Of a stretch of 54,328 nucleotides of DNA, positions 1 to 10,698 are shown piece by piece. A model generated the notes under the pieces. It was not told where the DNA came from, searched no databases, and saw nothing but the letters and a program-made list of their open reading frames with translations. Both the position numbers and the translations under genes were made by a program. Source of the stretch: Guillardia theta CCMP2712 (taxonomy: Eukaryota; Protista; Cryptophyta); NCBI RefSeq assembly GCF_000315625.1, contig NW_005434623.1, positions 410,768 to 465,095 of the forward strand. The letters are read 5' to 3'. The first letter of the stretch is position 1; each line of letters opens with the position of its first letter.

Positions 1-776
1 CCCTCCCTCCCTCCCTCCCTCACTCACTCACTCACTTCCTCTCTCCCTCCTCCCTCCTCCTCCCTCCTCTCTCCCTCCCTCCCTCCCTCCCTCCCTCCCT
101 CCCTCCCCATCTTTCCATGTCCTTCGATTTCCTGATTGAAACCACTTATGCCCACCTGTTGAACAGTCTGTGCCTGTCGATATTCAAGCTGTAAACCTGT
201 TCTCACGATTAAACTCCTTAGCCTCCGCCTCCTTCCACCGCCGCCTTTCCCACATCCCACATCCGCACTATCCTCGCTCTCCTCTCTGTGCTCCTCGTCC
301 TTCCCCTCCTCTCCCTCCCTCTCCGAATTCTCCTCTCACCTCCAAGTCTGTCTCTCGAAACCTTGCTGTAGCCTCCTCGCTGTCGGTCGCCAGGTACACC
401 TTGTGCCGCAGATCATTCACAACTGCGATCGACGAGCATGCAGCACCCGTCTGAGGCCATAGCGGGAGGAGAGCTGGCGGGCAGCGAGAAGGTAGCGGTC
501 TACAGAGACGCATCCTTCCTTCACCGGCGGGTTCTCGACGTTGGCGAACCTCGCAGTGTGGGTGCAAGAGTCGCCCATCCTGACATGAACGGAGATGTAG
601 GGCTCTACGATCCCTGCCAAGACACTGAGGAGGTAGTTGAAGGAAGGTAAAAACGGAGGCGGACGAATAGGAGGCGGACGAATAGGTGGAGAGAGGAGGA
701 GGACGAGCACGAGGAGGAGGAGGAGGAGGAGGACGAGGAGGAGGAGGAGGAGGGCGCTGAGTCTGTAACAGCAGAA

Positions 777-809
<33 letters not shown>

Positions 810-3800
810 GCTGATGATGATGATGATGACGATGCGCGCATGAGGTACTGGGGGAACAAAACAAGGAGGAAAAGCAGGAGAAGCAAGAGCTGAAGAAGGA
901 GCAGGAGAAGGAGGAGTAGAAACAGAAGAAGCAGAAGAAGGAAGAGCAGGAAAAAAGCAGGACAAGGCGCATCGAACAGAACAAGGGCAAAGAGGAGAAG
1001 GAGAGATGAAGTTGCGTTGCTCACCGAGACTGTTCTTGATTCTCCTGAGCAGAAGTTGTAGGAAGGAGCTGCAAAAAAACTCTTCAGACCGGCAGAGATA
1101 TTCCATGGCGTTAGCAGGACCTTGGCTGGAGGAGCTGCTGAACTAGATGCGATCTCCACCACAACTTGCCGTGAGGAAGCAGACTCGAGAACTCTCCTTG
1201 AAACTCCTGCCTTGCAGTGAAGAGACGAAGGGGGCAGGCGTGTGAGCAAGAGCAGCAGAGAGCGAGAGCAGGAAGAATAGGGAGGAAGATGAAGAGTTGA
1301 AAGCGAACGAAAGAAGGTCAAGAGAAGCGAGAAAAAGGAAGGCAGGAAGGAAGGAATGTAGCAGCAACAAGACAAGACAGAGGAGCAGGAAGAATAGAAT
1401 GAGCAAGTGGAGTACGAGTAATTAGGAAAGCAGGAGCAGGGACAGAAGCAGGAGGAGCGGGAGAAGCGGGAGGAGGAGGAGGAGGAGCAGGAGGAGCAGG
1501 AGGAGCAGGAGGAGCAGGAGCAGGAGATTGATTGATACCAAGGGCGCATCTAGCGACTTGTCGGGGATGCCATCTGCTCGGGAATGCACTGGGAAACCAA
1601 CACTGACAAGAAGGTCAATAGGAGGCGCGATGACTTGCTGCAGTAAAACACTGTAAGATCAGCTTGCACCAAGATGCAACTCTGGCGATGACCGAGAGTG
1701 CAAGAAGACAACATCTCGCATGAAGAAAAACTCAACCGTTGTTTGAAGGATACATGCATCAGCATCATCACATCCAAAATAAATCACCATCAAATAAAGA
1801 TTACATCTATCGATAGTCAACTCTTCATCGCGACCAACATCTCCTAGAAACGTACCGCATCACAGGGGCAAAGCGATCGCAAGAGCTTATGGGTTTGAGC
1901 AAGCATTTCCATCCTTTCTCTTCGCCTGAGTTGCTCATGAGAGAACCAAATCACACAACTCTTGTACAACATTGCGGAACGTCACCATACAACCATCTTC
2001 CCAAAGCTGCATTCTCTATCATGACAGGCGTCTGGAGTTAAACTTAGAATCGAAGTTTCTGTTCAACGATCGAACTTCACCTGATTGCTTTCCATAGCGA
2101 TCGCCAACATGTGCGAAACGTAGTGAATGTTGAAGCCGAAGCCATGAAGTGGAGGTCCAAAGAGAAATAGACCATCTGTGTGCCCACATTAACTCAATCC
2201 CCCTCCCTTCTACTTCTCTCCCTCTGCTCCGACACCCTCACCATCACTACATCTTCCCTCACCATCACTACATCTTCCCTCACCATCACTACATCTTCCT
2301 TCACCATCACTACATCTTCCTTCACCATCACTACATCTTCCCTCACCATCACTACATCTTCCTTCACCATCACTACATCCTCCTTCACCATCACTACATC
2401 TTCCCTCACCATCACTACATCTTCCTTCACTCCTGCCTGCCACCCTCATCTCCTTTCTCGCCTCCCATCACCTTTGATCTCGTCCAAGCTGCTGTCCACC
2501 TTGTCGCACTTGCTAGTCAAACGAGCCATCCTAGTCCCTGCCGTAAGAAATTGCCTCCGCCTTCCCCCGGTCCCCTTCCCCCCCCTTCGTGTTCCTCCCT
2601 TACCCCCATCCCCCGCTCCCCCCCCCCGCTCCAATAACTCGCTTCTTCCTCTCTGCTCAGCGTTGCACCTTTGTTGTAGGGTATCAACTCCTTCCTCCCA
2701 TGCGATCGCCTTTCAGTCCGGTGAAAAGAAATTCAAGGATTTACACAAGTGAGCAGAGAGAAAGAGACAAGGGTCGGATGCGGAGGAGCAGAGGCATCGA
2801 GGGAGGCAGCACAGACCTTGATGCATCGGGAAGGAGACAGGTTGGGATCACGATCGGGGAGGAAGGAGGAGTTTGAGAGGATCGAATGATCGCACGCCTC
2901 TCCTGCCCAGTTGCCCTCGCACAAACAGACTCCTCGCACACACTTCCCATGCCCGTTGCAATCTCGCTCACCCTCACAGACATCTCCATCCTCGCATTCA
3001 TCCGTCATGATGGTTTGAAATCGAACGGTCTCCTCCTCCCCCTCCTCCCCCTCCTCCCCCTCCTCCTCCTCCTCCTCCACAGATTCTCCATTTTCATCTT
3101 GATACTTCTTGCTATTCTTCAATCTACTACTGGCATTGATACCAGCTTCCCCGTCGCGTACGACTGAGTTCTCCTTCCCCTTCCTCTTTCCCTTCTTCAT
3201 TTTTGCCTCGTCCTCCTTCACACAGTCATGGCGGACCCAAAAGCTGATAGTGTGCTCAAGTTCGTCGAACTCCATAGTTTCGTTAACCAGCCGGCATGAA
3301 GCCACATGCTCGCCATCCGATAGATCGACGACGGGCAAGTGGGCGCCGACGTCTCCTTGAAACAGCATCCCGTCATCACAACAATGGTCGCCATCGTTCT
3401 CGTCGTCAGCATCATCGGCAGCAACAGCAAACAATCACACTAGCCAACGAATTTGCACCATCATACTATTCTTCGTCATCTCCATCACCATCTCCGCTAT
3501 ATCGCCAACATCAACTCCATTCTCAAACAAATCCGTCATTCCACATCATGATCAGTCTATCACCGAATGCGTTCATGAGTTCTGTCGCTCGCCATCTACC
3601 CACCTGCCATCATCTGTGACACCTGGCTCATAACACTCAAAGATTGCCTCCACGGCATCCAGCTCCAACACCACATGCCATGGCTTCCAAACATGATGAA
3701 GCTCTGCAGGAGATCTCATCAGGGAACCAGTACGCTCCTCCTCGCACTCTCCCCCTTGTTTCTTCCTTCTCACGCGCGGAGATTCAGCGACGCCCCAGTG

Positions 3801-3916
3801 ACTTGATACCTTGGAAGCTTCTCAACCCCTTCCATGCGGGATCCTTCAAGCCTCGAAGTGCAAGAACGATGGACAAGGTCTACAACAAGTGTCACTCTAC
3901 CACATGAAGGCGAGTC

Positions 3917-3974
<58 letters not shown>

Positions 3975-4186
3975 TTTCCTCGTTCTCCTCCAGGGGGGCA
4001 AACGTAAAATCTGCACAAACAGAGCTATGCAGTCATCCCATCATGTCATGACTCCGCACATGGCGCTTCCAAACCTTGAGGGGGGTGGTCGAACAGCACT
4101 GACGGCAGCCCTTCAGCACGTCTCGGGTCCAGTTCGATCTGCAAGAAGAACAAGAAGCAAAGGAGAGACAGGTGTCCTCCTCGCAT
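1..4186 (-). CDS. GT23 (FUT8/NodZ-like) alpha-1,6-fucosyltransferase-like protein with signal peptide and EGF-like domain; multi-exon, 3' end runs off the window
   Basis: Manually spliced exons read: MRGGHLSLLCFLFFLQ (ATG 4186); EGF CNGHGKCVRGVCLCEGNWAGEAC (~2960-2890); HGFGFNIHYVSHMLAIA (~2145-2090); GWKCLLKPISSC (~1915-1880); ISVHVRMGDSC (~600-565); VYLATDS after intron 446-400. These are GT23 motifs in the expected order. Confidence 0.8.
2239..2430. repeat. 21-bp minisatellite (CACCATCACTACATCTTCCYT), 9 copies, intronic
   Basis: Direct tandem copies with no spacers, lying between exons of the GT23 gene. Confidence 0.9.
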
Positions 4187-4279
4187 GCTTGCTGTACCCT
4201 GTCACCGTCTCTTTGCTCACATCCTTGTACTTGTAGCTACCTACCGCCCATGGACTCGTGGCTGCCTAGCCTTGTGCGA

Positions 4280-5050
4280 CCGGTTCCGTGTTTGTTCTGA
4301 TCATCGGATCGGACCCTCGGTACGGTCCGGTCCGTCCGGCGGCCGGGCCCGGCCGGGCCCGACGGACCACGGTACCGTACGGTAGCCGGCCCGGCCCCTG
4401 CTCGGAGTCACGCAGCGCGGCCTCACTGAGTTACCGTAGCCTACGTGCCAGCCTCAGCCGGCAGGCGGGTCGATCTGGGCGACCGTGTACGGTCCGATCA
4501 GTGTACGCCGGTCCGGTCGCGGGCGCCGCCGGGCCGCCCGGAGCCTCGGCCTCCGGGAGTCCAATGAGGCTCTCGGCGGCGGGACCGGCCGGGCCGCCCG
4601 GACCGCGCCCCGCACTGCAGCCGCCGGCGCACCCGGCCGCGCGTTGAATCGGCATGATGGCCCGACCTCGGACCCGGCGTCACCGACTCGGAGTCCCGGC
4701 GTCGACCGGCCCGGCGGTCCGGTCCGGTGGCGGCCCGCGGCGGCCGGCGTCCCCGCCGCCGTCGGACTCGCGGCCCGGCGCCCGGCCGTCGACTCAACCG
4801 TGGCGACTGTGTCAGTCACTGAGTGTTGAACTTACACGGTGCACGGGCCGGCGGGCGGCCGGCGCGGCACCCGTACCGCCGGTATCATAGTATCGTGCCG
4901 TGACGGACGTCGTCGCCGGGCGTGGGCCGGCCGGGGCCGCGCGGCTCCGGGCCGGCGGGCCCTCAGGGGACGGGCCTGCAATCAGTGCCAAACAGGCTTG
5001 AAAGTTGAAGCGGCTCGGATCTCGCGCCGTACGAAACTTGAAACTCGAGA
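4280..5050. other. CCGG/GGCC-rich intergenic island
   Basis: Very GC-rich, dense CCGG/CCCGGG, ACTGAGT and GACTCGG words; lies between divergent genes. Confidence 0.7.
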
Positions 5051-6616
5051 CGGTCACCCGGAACAAACGTCGGAAAAAAAAAAAGCAGAAAGGGGGCTTG
5101 GCGGAGCACCGGTTTGTGCTGAGGCGGGCTTGTTTCTGTCCCCTTCAGGCTTTGAGAGTAGTGATGAGTCACGGTGCCGTAGTTCCTTGTATCTGCTGAC
5201 GATGACCGTACCTACCCCTCCCTGTATCGGCCACCACCCCGTGGTCGTAGGGAACATGAAAGAGTCAGCCCCTGTAGTAATGTTCGGGAAATGTCGCTAT
5301 AACCATCTTAAAGATAGAGTCACAAACCCCTTCAAAGTCAGGAGCCGTTGTTGATTCCCCAAAAGGTAGCTGTTCCAACTTTGCCGAGCCCAAATCTCAT
5401 TTGGAGATTGTCAAATTGCATCGATTCGTTGCGTGCAGATATCTTACCACACGGAATTTTCTAACGGATTAATTTACTACTCAATCATTCAAGGGGGTAC
5501 TTCACGAGAGAAAGGACGGGTACAAGATGCAGAGCCAGTGCCGAAACGATGTGAGATTGTGTCCTATGGTAACACTGGTTGTAAACTTCTTCTGCTGGGG
5601 TGGGTGGATGGGAGAACTCGCAGGGTCAACTTTCAGCGGACGACCGGTGGTGAAAAGAGTCCAGGTTTGAGGCAAAGAGCCATATGCTAAGGTAGTAGAT
5701 TTTCTATTTGGCATAATAGAATCTGAGAAGCTCATACCTAATGACCCCCTTGCAGGCAATGAAGCACTTAGAGGGCGGCTGGGAAGATTTACAGAAGGGG
5801 GCTGGGCTGTAACTTGATACAGGGGTGGGGTGAAGGGTCCTTGCAGTCAAAATTAATTTTTCAACAAATATTTTGATATTCCGTACAACAAAGGGTTCAT
5901 TCGGGAAATGGTACAGTAGGGTGGGGTAGGGTAGACCACCTATGGGCAGGTTAGGGGTCATCTTATAGGAAAAGTCCTAATGCGGTAGCAGAAGTTTCGG
6001 AAGTTCAATTAACATTATTTTTACCCTCTAACCACCCCCCCCCTTGGGGGGTCATTGTACACGTTGCCAAGGCAAGGGTTGTACTTTTATGGACTTTTGG
6101 TAGGGGTACTTTCCTGGGATCGAGGGGGTGGTTGCGGTAGTTGGAGTCCTTCCAAGTTGTTAAGAAGTTTACAGATAGGGGTGGTAGAGCGATAGGGGAA
6201 GGGGAATTGTAGACATACATGGGGGTAGGGGTACATTATATGCCTTAGAAAGTAGGAGGGTAGTGTAGCGGGGTGATGGACGGGCAGCATCGGAACCGAA
6301 AAGTCTAAAGTGTGGGGGTAGGGGTAATGTAAGACACTCAAAAGGGTGGGTAGAAATAAGTATAAGAGGGGGTGTGATCGAATTGGGGGGTGGTGAGCAG
6401 ATGTCGTGGTTTGCGGAACAAAAACTCCCATGTAGAGGGGGTAGGGGTTAAATACAACGTGGCAGGGGTGGGGGATCAAAACAGAAACAGGGTGGAGGAA
6501 GAACAGATAAAGGGGACAGGCGAAGTTATCTGCCCAAGAACCTCCTTGCGCTACACCATCCACGAGTTCCCCTTGTCCCCTTTTCATCTCTCCTTCTTGT
6601 CCTTTTGAGCAACATC

Positions 6617-7327
6617 ATGCAGCAGCAGTCTTCCTCCTCCCCCCCCTCCCCCCTCCTCGACCTCCCCTCCGACCTCCCCAGAGTCGAGATCTTCCCCCGC
6701 AAGAAGCAAGGCCAGAAGTCCCTCTCCAAGCGCCAGGGCGTCAGCTTGACCTTGACCGACGTCCAAGGGATGTTCCATCTCAGGCAGTCAGAGGCTGCCA
6801 AGCTCCTGGTAAGCGCCTCCTCTACCTTGCTCTATCTCCTTGCAACCAATCTCACCCGCTTTTCCTCCCAGGGCATCTCCCTTACCGCCATGAAGAGTGC
6901 ATGCAGAAGAATTGGGGTGACGCGCTGGCCGTACTCACGTCACCGGCAGTCGCCCGTCACGATGCAGGACCAGCATCATGCTGCTGGAGCGAGCACGGAG
7001 GTACCGGCTACCCCCGGCTGGCAGGAGGGAGACGCTTACGGGGATCATCTGTCGAGTGCGAGCTCGCCGCATGCTGGAGCAGACTCAGACGACATGTCGG
7101 ACATGGAGACGATCTGCTATGCAGGGGAGGGCGCGAGCCTGTCATCGTCGAGTATGGCACAGCCTGTGGAGATCGGAAATGAGAGTGGGACCAGAGGCGC
7201 TCAAGGAAGGAGCATCAAGGAGGCAGAGGATCCTCTAGAGAGGGAGTGGATCGAGTGGTACATGAAGACACCAGATGTAAACAGTGAGAATCTACTGACC
7301 ATGTCACGACTTGGTAAGTTCTGGTGA
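6617..7327 (+). CDS. RWP-RK domain transcription factor, copy 1 (intron 6809-6871)
   Basis: LTLTDVQGMFHLRQSEAAKLL|GISLTAMKSACRRIGVTRWPYSR after removing a 63-nt GTAAG..CAG intron. Confidence 0.9.
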   Translation: MQQQSSSSPPSPLLDLPSDLPRVEIFPRKKQGQKSLSKRQGVSLTLTDVQGMFHLRQSEAAKLLVSASSTLLYLLATNLTRFSSQGISLTAMKSACRRIGVTRWPYSRHRQSPVTMQDQHHAAGASTEVPATPGWQEGDAYGDHLSSASSPHAGADSDDMSDMETICYAGEGASLSSSSMAQPVEIGNESGTRGAQGRSIKEAEDPLEREWIEWYMKTPDVNSENLLTMSRLGKFW

Positions 7328-8310
7328 AGGGACCAAAGCTTAACAGAGAGTGTGTATTCTAGTTACAACTGAAACCCAAGCTCGTTCTTCTTGTAAATTT
7401 TGTCTGAACCTGTAGACTTCTCTTTATCGAACTGGAAATGAACATTTGTTGTATAGTGAAATTGAGTCTCTTGCACTTACCATGTTGTTGAATGCGGATG
7501 ACAGCATTGAGAAATTCTGGTCTGAATACTTTGAGCATGTTCGTTTCTAGAAGGGATACGGTCATTCTGTTGTATCAGAGCTCTGCGAAGGCGGGCTGAA
7601 GCCTCCACAGGAAAGAATCTTATTGAGCAGGAGTGGGCAGCAAGAGAAGCTATGGTCTTCTCTTACAGGCACGAGGGCAGCAAGGGCTCTAACGGCTACT
7701 GGACCTCTAGAATACAACCCCTGTTGGGCGACAGAGTGCGCAAAGTACGGGTGGTATCTCCTGTACTGGTACGATTGGATGAACCTCGACGAGGAGCAGG
7801 CATCAGATCTGAGCGGACGCACGAGGGATGCTCGCTCTTGCGTGAGGAGCGTTACCATCCCTGGTGGTTCCCCTCGACTACAAAAGGATCTTCAACGACT
7901 GCTAAGGTGGTCTGTCCTTCCTGTGTGTGCCACAAACCGATAGTGTGTTCGTGTTATCAAAATCACTTCATATCTCTACTCAAGACGTCTGCACCCCTTA
8001 AAGCTTCGGGGTGTGAAATGTCTATGCCGAACTCCGCCAAGAGCATGATGCAAAGATGTGAACCGCAACACAGGTCTGCAAAGCATATCGTGTCCAACAT
8101 TTATATTGTATGGCATTCATTTTAACCGTAAGGGTTTAAATTTGATGCAATTACATCGCTATGTTCTTAAGTTTAAGTTGTGTACATTACTGTTCAGAGA
8201 GTATTTCTAGTTTCCAACAAGCCCCGCACGATCCAACATTTCCATCTCACTCAAATCGAGCTTCTTGTATCCACCAACCCCAGTGCCATGAATAGCAGAA
8301 CCTCCTCTTG

Positions 8311-8940
8311 TCATGACATCGTCAGTGTCTCCTCGCTCCCAACCTCCGGTGTCTTCATGTACCACTCGATCCACTCCCTCTCTAGCGGCTCCTCCTCCGG
8401 CTCCATACTGTTACAGGGCCGAGGGCGTGAGGTCTCGATCTCATGCTCAACCAGTTCAGACTGAGAATTGCTGGGTGACATAAAGAGATCCTTGTCAGAG
8501 TGCTGGTAAGTGTCTCCCTCATGCCAGCCGGGGGTAGCCGGTATCTCCGTGCTCGCTCCAGCAGCATGATGCTGGTCCTGCATCGTGACGGGCGACTGCC
8601 GGTGACGTGAGTACGGCCAGCGCGTCACCCCCATCCTACGGCATGCGCACTTCATGGCGGTAAGGGAGATGCCCTGGGAGGAAAAGCGGGTGAGATTGGT
8701 TGCAAGGAGATAGAGCAAGGTAGAGGAGGCGCTTACCAGGAGCTTGGCAGCCTCTGACTGCCTGAGATGGAACATCCCTTGGACGTCGGTCAAGGTCAAG
8801 CTGACGCCCTGGCGCTTGGAGAGGGACTTCTGGCCTTGCTTCTTGCGGGGGAAGATCTCGACTCTGGGGAGGTCGGAGGGGAGGTCGAGGAGGGGGGAGG
8901 AGGGGGAGGAGGAAGACTGAAGCATATCAGACTCGCTCAT
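8311..8940 (-). CDS. RWP-RK domain transcription factor, copy 2 (intron 8736-8674)
   Basis: Same RWP-RK core and identical intron in inverted orientation; start ATG uncertain (8940 or 8925). Confidence 0.88.
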   Translation of the reverse strand: MSESDMLQSSSSPSSPLLDLPSDLPRVEIFPRKKQGQKSLSKRQGVSLTLTDVQGMFHLRQSEAAKLLVSASSTLLYLLATNLTRFSSQGISLTAMKCACRRMGVTRWPYSRHRQSPVTMQDQHHAAGASTEIPATPGWHEGDTYQHSDKDLFMSPSNSQSELVEHEIETSRPRPCNSMEPEEEPLEREWIEWYMKTPEVGSEETLTMS

Positions 8941-9906
8941 GGAGAAAGATGTAGGAGGAGGAGGAGGAGAGTGGTTGAGGAGGAGGTGTATGGACAATAT
9001 CTGATGGATTCAGGTGGAGGAGGAGATCGGCCTATGCTGTGGTGTGGTGGGGGTGTGGATGACGATTTGCTGTCCCTTCCGCTCTTGAAGATGGTTACCT
9101 GGACTACCCCCACCCTCGACCTCCCACTGGGGGAATAATGACCCCCACCTCACGGAAGTTAAATTGCTGCTCCGAGAGTCAACATTTGGGAAATACCACC
9201 CCTCCTTTGGAGCCCACTTTCACCCCTGCCGAGGGTTGGTGCTTTAATCGTGTCTCCCGGTGGGACCGCCCACATGATCGGCAGCCGTTGGGGTAAGGGT
9301 ATGTAGGGTAGTGGAGAGTATTTACTACAGTCTTTACTACTGTCCGAAAGTCGACAGGCAGGGGCCAGCAAGCTGGGGCCCGGGGCCCGGGTTACCGTCG
9401 GAGATGTAACTCAGGTCACTTGGGGCCACTGCCAAGTCGACAGTTTACTACCCGGACCTTTTACTCAACGTTAAGTTAAAACTCGGGCCCAGTTGCTCTA
9501 TAAATGGGCAGATCCTTTACCGCCCGGGCTGTGACTCGGACCTGGCGGAACTCGGAAGGTGACGGGACGGGCGGAGGACCGAAGGCAGGAGGAAACTCCA
9601 AGGGCTCTCACGGGAGTCTCGGCGGCTGGGCCGGGTGGGTTCCGGCGCTTTTTTAAACTTTACACGCCTTTTACGTGATTCTATTCTTGGGCGGTTTTCT
9701 GGATGGATTTGGGATTCGGTAGGGGTGCTATGAGGGACAAAAGAAGATTATTGGGGGTGGGGTGGTAAAAGGCAAACTTGTTGATAAAAATGGAATCCCA
9801 TGAAGCAACTGGACGGGAACACAACGCAACTATCCCTCTCCACAACCACCGACAAGCATCTCCCTCCTCCTTCTTGCATCCTTCGAAGCTCATCCTGACG
9901 AAGACA

Positions 9907-10575
9907 ATGCAGCAGCAGTCTTCCTCCTCCCCCTCCTCCCCCCTCCTCGACCTCCCCTCCGACCTCCCCAGAGTCGAGATCTTCCCCCGCAAGAAGCAAG
10001 GCCAGAAGTCCCTCTCCAAGCGCCAGGGCGTCAGCTTGACCTTGACCGACGTCCAAGGGATGTTCCATCTCAGGCAGTCAGAGGCTGCCAAGCTCCTGGT
10101 AAGCGCCTCCTCTACCTTGCTCTATCTCCTTGCAACCAATCTCACCCGCTTTTCCTCCCAGGGCATCTCCCTTACCGCCATGAAGTGCGCATGCCGTAGG
10201 ATGGGGGTGACGCGCTGGCCGTACTCACGTCACCGGCAGTCGCCCGTCACGATGCAGGACCAGCATCATGCTGCTGGAGCGAGCACGGAGGTACCGGCCA
10301 CCCCCGGCTGGCAGGAGGGAGACGCTTGCGGGGATCATCTGTCGAGTGCGAGCTCGCCGCATGCTGGAGCAGACTCAGACGACATGTCGGACATGGAGAC
10401 GATCTGCTATGCAGGGGAGGGCGCGAGCCCGTCATCACCATCCATGTTGCAGGATACCGCGCAGTGGAGCTCAGAAGGCATGGAGCCGGAGGAGGAGCCG
10501 CTAGAGAGGGAGTGGATCGAGTGGTACATGAAGACACCGGATGTTGGGAGCGAGGAGACACTGACGATGTCATGA
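9907..10575 (+). CDS. RWP-RK domain transcription factor, copy 3 (intron 10099-10161)
   Basis: Same core; an upstream in-frame ATG exists at 9790. Confidence 0.9.
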   Translation: MQQQSSSSPSSPLLDLPSDLPRVEIFPRKKQGQKSLSKRQGVSLTLTDVQGMFHLRQSEAAKLLVSASSTLLYLLATNLTRFSSQGISLTAMKCACRRMGVTRWPYSRHRQSPVTMQDQHHAAGASTEVPATPGWQEGDACGDHLSSASSPHAGADSDDMSDMETICYAGEGASPSSPSMLQDTAQWSSEGMEPEEEPLEREWIEWYMKTPDVGSEETLTMS

Positions 10576-10698
10576 TGGAGAGTGTTATGGTGAAGTGGAG
10601 AGAGGTGGTACGATCGATCGATTGATGAACCATTTGCTAAGGTTGTCTGTACATTTAGAAGTGAACTAAGAATGAACGAGTGATCGGTAGAGTCAGGA

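Noticed and set aside
2239-2430. CRISPR-like array or His-rich protein
   Set aside because: Contiguous 21-bp units with no spacers, inside an intron of a minus-strand gene
4288-5354. Pro/Arg/Gly/Ala-rich ORFs in GC islands (also at 13296, 18091, 44667, 47158)
   Set aside because: Stop-poor composition gives overlapping ORFs in many frames with no domain signal
7652-7720. Possible DDE transposase fragment (NGYWTS)
   Set aside because: Only a short motif; no catalytic context or terminal repeats visible
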